DNA of 64,000 bases. It comes from Gemmatimonas sp. (GTDB taxonomy: Bacteria; Gemmatimonadota; Gemmatimonadetes; Gemmatimonadales; Gemmatimonadaceae). The translations under genes and the position numbers were made by a program. The notes under the pieces are model-generated. The model searched no databases and was not told the DNA's origin. It saw only the letters and a program-made list of their open reading frames with translations. The DNA is taken from assembly GCA_965279375.1 (NCBI GenBank), contig OZ257156.1, positions 1,888,001 through 1,952,000 on the forward strand, written 5' to 3'. Shown here piece after piece: positions 8,763-19,017 of the stretch (position 1 is its first letter; each line of letters begins with the position of its first letter).

Positions 8763-11725
8763 GTTCGATGCGACTCGCCGGTCATCGCCCGCTCCCACGG
8801 CAGAAGCCGTTGCGCATTCTCATCGGTCCCAAGGAGATCGGTGGTCAGATCCCCGACTATGCGTCGGGCTTCCGCGCGCTCGGTCACGACGTCACAACGG
8901 TCATCCGGGACCCCAACCCGCTGTTCCCGGATCTGCCGTACGACGTCGATCTCTCGAAGAACCGCGATCCCGGGCTCATCGCAAAGCTCATCGAAGAGCA
9001 TGACGTGTTCGTCTTTCAGTATGGCGAAACGCTGGTGCCCGGTTCGGTCGATCTTCCGGTGATTCGTGCTGCGGGCAAGTCGATCATTGCGATCTGCAAT
9101 GGCGATGACATTCGACATTCGTCGGCGTACCACCAGGAGTTCGGCATTCCGCCTGAAGTGCACGGCGAGTTCTACGTGAAGGATCCGCTGCCGAGGTCGA
9201 TGCAGACGCTACGGCTCATGGAGCGATACGCGTCGCTGATGGTGTCCGTGCCGAATCAGTCCGGGCTGGCGCTCCGTCCGTACATGCACTTCGCGTACGT
9301 GCTGGATCAGTCGTTGTATACGGCGCACATCCCCGATCGCGAGGTACCGGTGGTGGTGCATGCGCCGTCGGATCGGGCGTGCAAGGGAACGCGCGAGATT
9401 CTCGCGTCGCTTGACCGACTCTCTGCGAAGGGAGTTCGTTTCGAGCTCAAGCTACTCGAGAAGGTGCCCAATGCCGTCGTGCGCGAGACGCTGCGCGATG
9501 CCGATGTGGCCATCGATCAGCTGTTCGTTTCGTACGGGAAGTTCGCCGCGGAGGCAATGGCCTCTGGCTGCGCCACGGCGTGCGTGACCTATCCCGACAT
9601 CGAGCCTGCCGCGCACATGCGGCCGCTGTGGCACATCGACGCGGAGGGGATCGACGCGCAGCTCGAGACGCTTCTCACTGATCGTGCGCTGCGTCGCTCG
9701 CTGGCCGAACAGGGACGGCCGCACGTCGAAGCCATCCATGATCGGCCAACGGTATGCAAGCGCCTGCTCGACGCGCTGGCCGCAGCCATCGACGGCACCC
9801 TTCGCTACGACTACTACCCGACGTTCTTCGCCGAACGGTATGTGCTCCCTGATCGCGTCGAGCTACCGCGCCATCAGCGTCAGCTCGCGAGTGAGGTGAT
9901 TGCCGAGCACGGTCTTGCCAAAGGCGTCGACGTGATTGCGCTGGCGCGTCGCGGACTGATCGACCCGGTGCTGCTCGCCGGCAGCGAACGTGTGCGTCTC
10001 TGGCGTGGGGACCACGGCCTGACCTCAGATGGTACGGAGCCGAGCGCGATGTCCGCGCGCTGGAAGGCGTTTCGACGTCCGTCCAATTCGGCCACAGAAC
10101 AGACCATCGACGCGCCCACGGCGGATCGCCACGTCGCACGTTTGCACGCGTTGACAGCGCTGACCGGAGAACTGCCGGGCAAGGCGCCGGTAGACGCAGC
10201 GCTCGTTGAGTACCTGCGCCTGGGAGTGCCTGCGCTCGCACTGCAAACCGTGTTGCCGCAGGCGATGTCGAGCCTCGCAGCGCGGCGTGCGGCCGGATTG
10301 CTGTTGCTCGGCTGTGGGCAGCTTGCTGACGCAGAGGAAATGCTTGGCACACTGCTGACGGGTGCCGACAGCGATCCGATCCTGGCGTACTACCACGCGG
10401 TCGCGCGTGTCTTGCAGGGCAAGAGCGACGGCACCGGTGAGGCATTGCAGGCAGCGGTGAAGCGGCTGCCGCGCGATCCGAGTGTGCACCTCTTCGGCAG
10501 CACGCCCATTCTGCACAACAGGTACTGGGCCGAGGCGCTGCGCGAAGGTGGCGTTGATGCGCGCACTTTCATGCTCGAGTACTACGGTGCGATCAATCGA
10601 CGTGAGGACTTCGATCACTACCTGATCGACTTCGTGCCGACCTGGACGGAGCCGCGATACGCGCGGTTGCTGGCACCGTATCACGCGTTTCTGTTCGCTG
10701 CACTCGCCGGGCAGGTGCTGCATACGTCCTTTGACGGTGGCGCGCTTCAGGATACGGCATGTGCCGCTATCGAGCCGGCGTTGCTGCAAGCCGCGGGAGT
10801 GAAGTCGGTGGTGATCACCTACGGCGGCGACGGTGCGATGTACTCACGCATTCGCGACCTGTCGGTGCGCCACGCGTTTCAGCTTTCGTATCCTGACGCG
10901 GCGCGCAAGGAACCGCAGGTGGAAGCGAAGGTGGCGCGCTGGACGCGCGACGCAGATTGCATCATCGGCAACGTGCACTCGCTCGACGGCCACGGTCGCT
11001 GGGACATTCTCCTCGGCAATTGCGCGCAGATCGATCTGACAGCATGTCAGCCGATCGAGCACTACAGCGATCGCGACGGACGCAATGGCGCCGTGCGTGT
11101 GCTGCACAGCCCCAATCATCGCGGGGTGAAGGGGACCGAGTTCCTTGTCGCGGCCGTGGAGCAGCTTCGCAACGAGGGGCTGCAGGTAGAGTTGGTATTG
11201 CTGGAGCGTGTGCAGAATCGCGAGGTGCTCGCGCGCATGCGCACCGTCGATATTCTCGCGGAGCAGTTCATTCTGCAGTTCTACGGCCTCAGCGGCATCG
11301 AAGGGCTGGCGATGGGACTGCCGGTGGTCTCCAATCTGACGATGGACGACTATCTCCAGGTGCTGCGTCGCTTCAGCTATCTCGACGAGTGTCCCGTCGT
11401 GGCCGCCGCACCTGAGACGCTGGTGGATGTCCTGCGAAAGCTCGTCGTGAACCCTGCACTCAGGGAAACACTCGGCCGCGCTGGCCGTCGCTATGCGGAG
11501 AAGTATCACTCCTACGCGACGACACGCTTCCTGTTCGGCGCCATTCACTCGCGCATCCTCCACGGAAGCGCCGTGGATCTCATGAATCTGTTTCATCCAC
11601 TCAAGTCCGACTACGTGCGGTCGAAACCGATCAGCCATCCGCTGTCATCCAGTCGCTTGGTCGACACGCCGGATGGGCTTCGGCTTGAAGCCCCCGCTCG
11701 CGTGCCGCGCTCCAGCGCAGCCTGA
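8759..11725 (+). CDS. Large two-module GT-B (GT4-like) glycosyltransferase with a helical/TPR-like linker
   Basis: Two homologous modules: HAPSDRACKGT...DQL...YG..AAEAMASG and HSPNHRGVKGT...EQF...YG.SGIEGLAMGLPV. Confidence 0.75.
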   Translation: MSSMRLAGHRPLPRQKPLRILIGPKEIGGQIPDYASGFRALGHDVTTVIRDPNPLFPDLPYDVDLSKNRDPGLIAKLIEEHDVFVFQYGETLVPGSVDLPVIRAAGKSIIAICNGDDIRHSSAYHQEFGIPPEVHGEFYVKDPLPRSMQTLRLMERYASLMVSVPNQSGLALRPYMHFAYVLDQSLYTAHIPDREVPVVVHAPSDRACKGTREILASLDRLSAKGVRFELKLLEKVPNAVVRETLRDADVAIDQLFVSYGKFAAEAMASGCATACVTYPDIEPAAHMRPLWHIDAEGIDAQLETLLTDRALRRSLAEQGRPHVEAIHDRPTVCKRLLDALAAAIDGTLRYDYYPTFFAERYVLPDRVELPRHQRQLASEVIAEHGLAKGVDVIALARRGLIDPVLLAGSERVRLWRGDHGLTSDGTEPSAMSARWKAFRRPSNSATEQTIDAPTADRHVARLHALTALTGELPGKAPVDAALVEYLRLGVPALALQTVLPQAMSSLAARRAAGLLLLGCGQLADAEEMLGTLLTGADSDPILAYYHAVARVLQGKSDGTGEALQAAVKRLPRDPSVHLFGSTPILHNRYWAEALREGGVDARTFMLEYYGAINRREDFDHYLIDFVPTWTEPRYARLLAPYHAFLFAALAGQVLHTSFDGGALQDTACAAIEPALLQAAGVKSVVITYGGDGAMYSRIRDLSVRHAFQLSYPDAARKEPQVEAKVARWTRDADCIIGNVHSLDGHGRWDILLGNCAQIDLTACQPIEHYSDRDGRNGAVRVLHSPNHRGVKGTEFLVAAVEQLRNEGLQVELVLLERVQNREVLARMRTVDILAEQFILQFYGLSGIEGLAMGLPVVSNLTMDDYLQVLRRFSYLDECPVVAAAPETLVDVLRKLVVNPALRETLGRAGRRYAEKYHSYATTRFLFGAIHSRILHGSAVDLMNLFHPLKSDYVRSKPISHPLSSSRLVDTPDGLRLEAPARVPRSSAA

Positions 11726-11729
11726 GGAA

Positions 11730-12395
11730 ATGATGGCAAAGCCTCTCGTAATCATCGGTACCGGACTCTTCGCCGAAGTCGCCACCGCGTACTTCGAAGC
11801 CTTCACCGACTACCGCGTCGCGGCCTTCTCGTGCCACGACCGATTTCGGCAGGCAGAGACTGTCTACGGTCGTCCGCTATTGGCCCTCGAGACCCTCGGG
11901 GATTCGTACGCAGCGTCTGACGTGGATGTGTTCGTCGCGATCGGCTACGGCAAAATGAATCGGATGCGTCAAGCCGTGTACGAGGAGATGCGTGAACGCG
12001 GCTATCACTGCACGTCGTTCGTGCATCCGAACGTCAGGATCTGGGAATCAACGAAGCTTGGCGACAATGTGTTCATCTTCGAAGACAATACCATCCAGCC
12101 ATTCACGCACATTGGCAACAATACGATTCTCTGGAGCGGCAATCACATCGGTCACCACAGCACGGTGGGAGATCACTGCTTCATCTCTTCGCACGTGGTC
12201 ATCTCCGGTTCGTGCACGCTAGGCAACAATCTCTTCATCGGTGTGAACGCCACCTTCCATGACGGGTTGACCATCGCCGACGACTGCCTGATTGGCGCGG
12301 GCGCGATCATCTCCAAGAGCACGAAACCCAAGGAAGTGTTTGTGCCAGCGTCCACCAAGCCGTTCCCCAAGAACTCCGACGAGATCGGGTTCTGA
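11730..12395 (+). CDS. Sugar O/N-acetyltransferase, NeuD/PglD hexapeptide-repeat family
   Basis: LVIIGTG N-terminus, VFVAIGY, left-handed beta-helix repeats with HIGHH; RBS GAGGA precedes ATG. Confidence 0.88.
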   Translation: MMAKPLVIIGTGLFAEVATAYFEAFTDYRVAAFSCHDRFRQAETVYGRPLLALETLGDSYAASDVDVFVAIGYGKMNRMRQAVYEEMRERGYHCTSFVHPNVRIWESTKLGDNVFIFEDNTIQPFTHIGNNTILWSGNHIGHHSTVGDHCFISSHVVISGSCTLGNNLFIGVNATFHDGLTIADDCLIGAGAIISKSTKPKEVFVPASTKPFPKNSDEIGF

Positions 12396-12419
12396 CGTGA
12401 GTCTCCGGACGAGTGACCG

Positions 12420-13058
12420 ATGAGCGTTTCACAGGAGCTGGACAAGGTCAAGGATCTCTATTCGACGAACCTGCGCGAAAAGGGAGCTGTTGCCGCTGCC
12501 GTGGGATGGCCGACGGTCGAGTCGCAGCAGCTGCGCTTCGAGAAGCTGACCGGCATCATCACCGATCGGTCGCAGCCCGTGAGCGTCAACGACTACGGAT
12601 GCGGCTACGGAGCGCATCTCACCTATCTTCTGCGCGACGCCGGAGTGCAGGTGGGCGAGTACAACGGCTACGACCTGAGCGAGTCGATGCTGGACGCGGC
12701 GCGGGCGGAGCACTCCAACTTTGCCGGCGCGCTCAATCTGCGTTGCTCATCGGAGCTGGACACCGTCGCCGACTACTCGTTCGTGTCGGGCACGTTCAAT
12801 GTGCGCTTTGCGTCCGATGAAGAGGCGTGGGCCGGCTTCATCAGAAGTACGCTCGATCGACTGGCCGCGTGCTCACGCAAGGGCTTCGCGTTCAACCTGC
12901 TGTCGACGTATGTGGATTGGCACGCGCCCAATCTCTACTATGCAGATCCTGGCTACTGGTTCGACCATTGCAAGCGCAACTACGCGCGCCGAGTGACCCT
13001 GCTGCACGACTATCCACTGTACGAGTGGACGATGCTCGTCACCAAGGACGCCTCGTGA
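12420..13058 (+). CDS. Class I SAM-dependent methyltransferase
   Basis: Q.LRF, DYGCGYG motif I, SGTFN, GFAFN, HDYPLYE. Confidence 0.85.
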   Translation: MSVSQELDKVKDLYSTNLREKGAVAAAVGWPTVESQQLRFEKLTGIITDRSQPVSVNDYGCGYGAHLTYLLRDAGVQVGEYNGYDLSESMLDAARAEHSNFAGALNLRCSSELDTVADYSFVSGTFNVRFASDEEAWAGFIRSTLDRLAACSRKGFAFNLLSTYVDWHAPNLYYADPGYWFDHCKRNYARRVTLLHDYPLYEWTMLVTKDAS

Positions 13059-13978
13059 CCTGGCGCAAGCTCGGCTTCGTCGAACTGCCGACGAATGGCC
13101 CCGCGTGGATGCACAGTCATGCGCAACTTCCCACGCCGATGGTCATCGGGCCGCGTAGCGTGCGAGTGTTCTATGCGTCGCGCACGGCTGAACAGCGCTC
13201 CCATATCGGCTTCACGGAGCTCGAGTTCTCCAGCGATCCCGATCAGTTCAGTATTGGTCGTATCGCGGATGTCCCGGTCCTGAGCCCCGGACCGCTCGGC
13301 TGCTTCGATGAGCATGGGGTCTTTCCGGCGTCAGTGATTGAGCACAACGGTCAGTGCTTCATGTACTACGTGGGCTGGAACCAGGGTGCGGAAGCGCCGA
13401 TGTTCTACGCGTCGATCGGACTGGCGGTCAGCACGGACGGACTTCAGTTCGAGCGCGTCTCGCCGGCGCCGATCATGTCTCGGAGCAAGCACGATCCGTG
13501 TCTCGTCACGTCGCCACACGTCTACCGCGACGGAGATCGTTGGCGCATGACTTATGTCTCAGGCACGGCGTGGTGGCGTACGCCGAGTGGCCGGCTGCAG
13601 TCCACCTATCACATCAAGAACGCGGCGTCGCACGACGGTCTGGAATGGGAGCGCGATGGCAGCATCGCGATCGACATCGCAGCCGACGAAACGAACGTCG
13701 CGCGGTCGGCCGTGCTCAAGGTGGCCGATGGCGACTATCGCATGTGGTACGGCAGGGTTCCCGCAACAACGCAGCGCTACCGCATCGGCTATGCGGAGTC
13801 GGTGGATGGCAGCGCGTGGGTGCGCAAGGACGCACTCGCGGGGATCGACCTCGACGATGGTCATGCCAGCGAGATGATCTGCTATCCGAGTCTGTTTTCG
13901 CTCGGCGGCGATACGTACATGCTTTACAACGGCAACGGGAATGGCCGTGCGGGCTTCGGCGTGGCGAGACTCGTCTAG
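13055..13978 (+). CDS. Five-bladed beta-propeller glycoside hydrolase-like protein (GH32/43/130 fold)
   Basis: GTG start overlapping the upstream stop; repeated blades MYYVG..IGLAVS.DG..F, AS.DG..W, YRIGYAES.DG..W, YP..F..YMLYNGN.G..GFG. Confidence 0.72.
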   Translation: MTWRKLGFVELPTNGPAWMHSHAQLPTPMVIGPRSVRVFYASRTAEQRSHIGFTELEFSSDPDQFSIGRIADVPVLSPGPLGCFDEHGVFPASVIEHNGQCFMYYVGWNQGAEAPMFYASIGLAVSTDGLQFERVSPAPIMSRSKHDPCLVTSPHVYRDGDRWRMTYVSGTAWWRTPSGRLQSTYHIKNAASHDGLEWERDGSIAIDIAADETNVARSAVLKVADGDYRMWYGRVPATTQRYRIGYAESVDGSAWVRKDALAGIDLDDGHASEMICYPSLFSLGGDTYMLYNGNGNGRAGFGVARLV

Positions 13979-14038
13979 CGGCGTTTGCTCGCTGCCGAGG
14001 TCCTGGCGTGAGCGAGCCTGTGCTGGCTGCTCAACGCC

Positions 14039-15160
14039 TCAGGCGACCGCGGCGACGCTATCCCGGTGCGCAGACAGCGCGCCAAACGGCACCACGAAGA
14101 AGTGCGGATACGTCTGCAGTAGCGCCTCTGGAGTCGCATCCAGCACGCGCGTGTCCAACACACTCGTGTAGTAGAAGTATCGACGCTCTTGCGTGCCCCA
14201 GCGACGTTTGAAGTCGTACACGCCGCCCTGCGTGAGCCAGGTGCCACCCCAGTTCCACATCCGGTACCCATCGGCCGCAGCATCCGCCATCGCGCGGAAG
14301 ATCAGAAGACTGAGCGGCTGCTCCGTGCGATGCGCTTCACTGGTGGCGGGGGTGAAGTACTCCACCGTGTCGTTGCCGTAGAAGAGCAACAGGGCCGCTA
14401 CCGCGACATCGTCGATGCGAGCCACGTACAGGCGACGCATCGAATCGGGGACGTCACGCACTGCGTGCAGAAAGAATTCCCAGTCTTTCGCGCGCCCGCC
14501 AATCGCACGGATGTTCTGCTCGTGCGTCTCGTACAGATATCGGTAGTCTGCGAGCTCCTGGCTGACACTCACCTGCACACCGGCCTTGATCGCTCGCCGG
14601 ATGTTGCGCGGCCTCGGCTCGTCGAACGAGGCCAGAAGGGCCGCTTCGATATCGGAGTCAGGCGCGGGCAATGGCGTCAACAATGCGATACGCTCGTCAC
14701 GGAGCGAGAAGCGATCGTCTTGCTCGTACAGCTCAAGGTCGTCTTCGTACGGCGAGGAGATGATCGTCGCTGTCACGCAACCTTGCTGTCGCGCGAGGTC
14801 GTGAAACGCGTCGAGCAGCGCTGCTCGCGCGCGCGCGACGCCAGTGTGCGCGAGAATGCCGCCGTTGCTTCCGTAGTAGGGCAGGGAGTTGAGCACGGGC
14901 GCGTCGCCGGCACTCTGCATGGCCGGAAGGACGCCGGCGATCTGGTCGTCGGCATCGAGTGCGACCAGATATCGCGGCGTACAGCGCAGATAGCCCGCCA
15001 GCAGATCACGGTACTCGAGCGACGCGTACAGCATGCCTGATTGGTGCTGCATCACGAACGCAGCATACGCGGCCTCGAGGTCGGGCGACAGAAGGCGCAC
15101 GCGATACTCGCCAGAGTCCGCGACTGACGGGATGATCGCCCCGCTCACTGCCTCAGGCAT
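14039..15160 (-). CDS. GNAT / FemAB-like acyltransferase
   Basis: SLPYYGSNGG, RNIRRA.K.GV, WNWGG, GVY.FK.RWG; start at MPEAV. Confidence 0.8.
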   Translation of the reverse strand: MPEAVSGAIIPSVADSGEYRVRLLSPDLEAAYAAFVMQHQSGMLYASLEYRDLLAGYLRCTPRYLVALDADDQIAGVLPAMQSAGDAPVLNSLPYYGSNGGILAHTGVARARAALLDAFHDLARQQGCVTATIISSPYEDDLELYEQDDRFSLRDERIALLTPLPAPDSDIEAALLASFDEPRPRNIRRAIKAGVQVSVSQELADYRYLYETHEQNIRAIGGRAKDWEFFLHAVRDVPDSMRRLYVARIDDVAVAALLLFYGNDTVEYFTPATSEAHRTEQPLSLLIFRAMADAAADGYRMWNWGGTWLTQGGVYDFKRRWGTQERRYFYYTSVLDTRVLDATPEALLQTYPHFFVVPFGALSAHRDSVAAVA

Positions 15161-15162
15161 CG

Positions 15163-16374
15163 TCAGACGTGCGCGACGACAGGCGTTGGCGACATCAGTG
15201 ACGGCGCTGCAATCGCCTCCTGCAGCGCGTTCACCACGACCGCGCACTCGTCCGCCGTCATCCCGGCATACATCGGCAGGGTGATCGACGCGTGCTCGGC
15301 GATGTAGGCGTTGGGGAAGTCTTCCCGCCGATAGCCGTACTTCTCGCGATAGTAGTGCAGGTGTGGCGGGGCGTGCGTACCCTGTCGCGTCACGATCCCC
15401 TGCTGCTCGAGCGCGTGCATGATGCGATTCCGGCGGTCGAAGAGCGCGTCGATGTTTGCGAGCGTGGGGACCTCGGGCTGAAACAGGCAGACGTACGACT
15501 GCTGCCCATGTCCGTAGTCGGCATGGCGAAAGGGCGTCTCGAGCCACTCGATGTCGGCGAGCAGTTCGTCGTACCAGCCGGCACAGGCCTTTCGGCCGGC
15601 TTGAATACGATCTGCCTTCCGCATCTGCGCGACGCCCAGGGCGCCCTGCAAATCGGTCATCCGATAGTTGAAGCCGAGGTGACGGTATTCGGCGAGCAGG
15701 AAGGAGTACTGCTGTTCGTGGCGCTCGAGGTCGGAGCGACTGGCGCCATGGTCGCGCAGCGTGCGCGACAACGAGGCGAGCGCTGCGTCACCAGTGGTGA
15801 TCATGCCGCCCTCACCCGTGGTGATGGCCTTGCGCGGGTGGAACGAGAAGGCGCCGATCTCGCCGAAGGTGCCGACGTGGCGCCCCTTGTACCACGTATC
15901 GAAACCGCAGGCCGCATCCTCCATCACCCAGAGGCCACGCTGCTTGGCGAGCGCCATCAGCGGGTCCATCTCGGCGGACAGGCCAAACAGGTGCACAGGG
16001 ATGATGCCGACCGTACGCTCTGTGATGGCGGCAGCAGCGGCGGCGACGTCGATGTTGAAGGTGCGCAAGTCTACGTCGACGAACACCGGCTTGGCACCAA
16101 GGTGTTCGACGATGTTGGCCGTAGAGATCCACGTGAACGCCGGCACGATGACTTCGTCACCAGGCTTGAGGCCAAGGGCTGACGCACCGATATGCAGCGC
16201 CGTCGTGCACGAGGATGTTGCAGCGGAGTGCGCGCTGCCAGTGAACGCGGAGAATCGATCCTCGAACTCCTTGACGTAGCGTCCCTGCACAACCCAGCCG
16301 CTGCGAAGCGGCTCCAGGATGAGTGCAAGATCGTCTTCGTCGAAGATCGCCTTGGTGATCGGGATGGAGTGCAT
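15163..16374 (-). CDS. DegT/DnrJ/EryC1/StrS PLP-dependent sugar aminotransferase
   Basis: SCTTALH, PVHLFG, EDAAC, SFHPRK.ITTGEGG, GFNYRMTDLQ. Confidence 0.95.
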   Translation of the reverse strand: MHSIPITKAIFDEDDLALILEPLRSGWVVQGRYVKEFEDRFSAFTGSAHSAATSSCTTALHIGASALGLKPGDEVIVPAFTWISTANIVEHLGAKPVFVDVDLRTFNIDVAAAAAAITERTVGIIPVHLFGLSAEMDPLMALAKQRGLWVMEDAACGFDTWYKGRHVGTFGEIGAFSFHPRKAITTGEGGMITTGDAALASLSRTLRDHGASRSDLERHEQQYSFLLAEYRHLGFNYRMTDLQGALGVAQMRKADRIQAGRKACAGWYDELLADIEWLETPFRHADYGHGQQSYVCLFQPEVPTLANIDALFDRRNRIMHALEQQGIVTRQGTHAPPHLHYYREKYGYRREDFPNAYIAEHASITLPMYAGMTADECAVVVNALQEAIAAPSLMSPTPVVAHV

Positions 16375-16386
16375 GGAGCGTCCTTG

Positions 16387-17304
16387 TTACTCCGCGCGGC
16401 GGCCGCGTACGGTGATGCCGTAGGGATCGAGATGGGTGTGCACGACGTCGAGCCCCGCTTCGGAGAACCACAACAGCACCTCCGGCAGTTCGTGGCGCGT
16501 CGCGTCCTGCGGGTGATACCAGTCGTAGTTGACGGCAACGTTGTCGCTGTCGCTCAGCATAGGATTCCAATAGCACTTCGCGAAGAAGTGATAGAGGAAG
16601 CGCTGCAGGTCGTAGGTGCCCGCTGGAATGCCCAGCACCGGAACGGCAGGAACCGTGAGCTCCACCGGCTCGCCATTCACACGCGTTTCAGACAAGGCAC
16701 GCCCCAGTGCGGTGATCTGCTCGGCGACAGCACTCGCCTCATCGTACGGCATCGCCGCGATGCGCTCGCGAACGAAATCATCGGTGAACTCGCGGATCGG
16801 CGCCTTCCGGCAATACACGTAAATCGCGATCTCTCCTTCCTCGGCCAGCAGCGCGGCGAGATTGAGGAAGGCCGCGCGCGGATTGCCCGTGTGGTGGAGC
16901 ACTTCCTGGCAGTAGATGAAATCGAACGCGCCAAGCGGCTTGAGGTCCTGCAGCAGGTTGGCCGGTTTGACCTGAATGCGCGGGTACGCGCGCAGATTCT
17001 CCGCAGCGATCTCCGCAGCAACCAGGTCAACGCCCATGATCTCGCACCAGATGGGCGAGAAGTCATGCAACAGCGCGGTTACGCGTCCGTTGCCGCAGCC
17101 GGCGTCGAGAATGCGCGTGCGGGTGGCCAGGTATGCGCGCAGCTCGTCGAGCGATGCGAACCCGTTGCGCGACAGAATCCATTGCTGAATCTCGGATCCC
17201 TCACGCAGCGTCTCTTCAAAGGCGAGCCGCGGGTTGTTGCTCCACTTGTCATCGAAGCTACGCGCGGTATTGGTCTCGCTGGCGTGCGCCGTTGCTGGTG
17301 TCAT
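16387..17304 (-). CDS. Class I SAM-dependent methyltransferase
   Basis: ILDAGCGNGR, FDFIYCQEVLHHT; start at MTPAT overlapping the upstream stop. Confidence 0.88.
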   Translation of the reverse strand: MTPATAHASETNTARSFDDKWSNNPRLAFEETLREGSEIQQWILSRNGFASLDELRAYLATRTRILDAGCGNGRVTALLHDFSPIWCEIMGVDLVAAEIAAENLRAYPRIQVKPANLLQDLKPLGAFDFIYCQEVLHHTGNPRAAFLNLAALLAEEGEIAIYVYCRKAPIREFTDDFVRERIAAMPYDEASAVAEQITALGRALSETRVNGEPVELTVPAVPVLGIPAGTYDLQRFLYHFFAKCYWNPMLSDSDNVAVNYDWYHPQDATRHELPEVLLWFSEAGLDVVHTHLDPYGITVRGRRAE

Positions 17305-18269
17305 GCTGCCCCCTGAGTCTTGCGATCGAGTGCCCGTGCGGGATTGCCAACGACGACGGCGTTGTCTGCGACGCTGCGGAGTACCACCGCGCCCATGCCG
17401 ACAATTGCATCTGTTCCGATCGACACGCCGCCATCCATGATCGAGGCGCTCGGCGCGATCCACGCGCGGGCACCGATGCGTGCGCTCCCTGCGACCATCG
17501 CATTCGCGGTCAGGACGGCGTCCGCGCCCACGATCACGTTGTGCGCGATGTGGACGAGGTTATCCATGCGCACGCCGGATTCGACGATCGTATCGGTGAG
17601 CGTTCCGCATGAGATGCAGCTGTTCGCGCCGATCTCCACATCGTCGCCGATCTGAACGCCGCCGAGCTGCGGGAATTTCTCGAGGCGACCATCGGCATTG
17701 CGCTCGTGGCCGAAGCCGTCGGCACCGATGATCACTCCTGCGTGCAGCGTGACGCGCGCGCCGATGCGGGAACCGGGATAGAGACAGACGTGCGCGTGCA
17801 GCACGGATCCCGAGCCAATCTCACAGTCGTCATCCACCACAACGTACGCGCCGAGGTAGACGTCGTCGGCGACACGCGCATTGGGATGCACCCAGGCGGT
17901 GGGATGGCGGCCGCGTCGTGGCGCAGGCGCGAAGAACTGCGTGAGGAGTCGCGAGAAGGAGAGCCGCGGCGTTGCGGTGATGAGCAGCGTGACGTCAGAG
18001 CGCGTAACGAGATCGGCGGCGCTCGACAGGCAGAGCACCACGCCGGCGTGGCTGGCGTCGATCAGCGCCGCGCCTCGTTCGGCGTCGCGTGTGCAGAAGG
18101 TGACGTCGGTGGAGGCGGCGCGGTCGATGGGAAGCGCGGCATCCACGGCGCGCATCGCATCACCACGGATTTCAGCAATACCGATCGAGCCGACGTCATG
18201 TATCGCGTGGGCGAGCAACGGGACCGTCAGGCGACCGACGGTCGACTGCAGCACTTCAGGCACCGACAT
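17301..18269 (-). CDS. LpxD-like hexapeptide-repeat N-acyltransferase
   Basis: PRL.F, IGADGFG, PQLGGV.IGDDVEIGAN, DNLVHIAHNV, VGNPAR; start at MSVPE. Confidence 0.82.
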   Translation of the reverse strand: MSVPEVLQSTVGRLTVPLLAHAIHDVGSIGIAEIRGDAMRAVDAALPIDRAASTDVTFCTRDAERGAALIDASHAGVVLCLSSAADLVTRSDVTLLITATPRLSFSRLLTQFFAPAPRRGRHPTAWVHPNARVADDVYLGAYVVVDDDCEIGSGSVLHAHVCLYPGSRIGARVTLHAGVIIGADGFGHERNADGRLEKFPQLGGVQIGDDVEIGANSCISCGTLTDTIVESGVRMDNLVHIAHNVIVGADAVLTANAMVAGSARIGARAWIAPSASIMDGGVSIGTDAIVGMGAVVLRSVADNAVVVGNPARALDRKTQGAA

Positions 18270-19008
18270 TGATCCGCCCTCCACGTTCCATGTCTTCGCG
18301 ATAGTACGTGCGCATCGAGTCAGCACGTCCGCTGATGCAGCGCTCGATACGCGCCGCAGGTGACATCGGCGACTCGGTCCACCACTCAGGATGCGTGAGT
18401 ACCTGCAGCGTGGAGTGCGTGCCCGTGCGCAGGACATCCTCGAGGCGGCGATGGCGCCAGTAGCCATTCGAGTCGGAGACATATCCGACGCGCTGCTGAA
18501 AGCGTGTCGCGTACGTGTTCACTCGACGGCCATAGGTTGCGCGCTCGCAGGAGAGGAGAAACGGCGTAGGCTGGTGGAAGGAGAAGGCCGTGACCGGCGT
18601 CCGCAGCACACGTTCGAGAATGGACGCTTCCCACGTCACCAGTTCGTCCAGCACGTCTTCTGTGCTCACCCCGTGAAAGTCGGTGTCCAGATGCAGGCCC
18701 ACCGCGTGTCCGAGCTGCACGATCTCTCGCGCGACTTCGGCAACAGGCTGCTCGAGCAGGTTGTACAGCTCACTGTGCAGGCGAAAGAAGTACGTCGAGC
18801 GGACTCCCTCTTCGGCCTCGATGCGCGCAAGCGCCCGCGCTGCGTGCACGGAGTAGTCCACATCGTGGCGCCACAGTACACTGCCGTCAGGGAGCTCGTC
18901 TTCGGAGAAGTCCGCGAACGCGTAGCGCTGCTGCGCGAGGCGCAGCAGCGCGCGATAGTTGTCGCGCGTGAAGTCGTTGAAGTGGTATCGCGAGGCGAGC
19001 TCCGTCAT
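18256..19008 (-). CDS. Polysaccharide deacetylase-like protein
   Basis: LWRHDVD, STYFF, GH.VGLH, SFHQP, YVSDS, LTHP.WW (NodB-like metal motifs). Confidence 0.75.
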   Translation of the reverse strand: MTELASRYHFNDFTRDNYRALLRLAQQRYAFADFSEDELPDGSVLWRHDVDYSVHAARALARIEAEEGVRSTYFFRLHSELYNLLEQPVAEVAREIVQLGHAVGLHLDTDFHGVSTEDVLDELVTWEASILERVLRTPVTAFSFHQPTPFLLSCERATYGRRVNTYATRFQQRVGYVSDSNGYWRHRRLEDVLRTGTHSTLQVLTHPEWWTESPMSPAARIERCISGRADSMRTYYREDMERGGRINVGA

Positions 19009-19017
19009 GGTTGCTCC

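Noticed and set aside
11730..12395. Locally lower GC suggesting recent horizontal transfer
   Set aside because: Largely explained by Asn/Ile/Phe-rich hexapeptide repeats; no integrase, IS or flanking direct repeats seen around the island.
17301..18269. Call as lipid A gene lpxD
   Set aside because: No bamA/fabZ/lpxA context; it is embedded in a sugar-tailoring operon, so the symbol is withheld.
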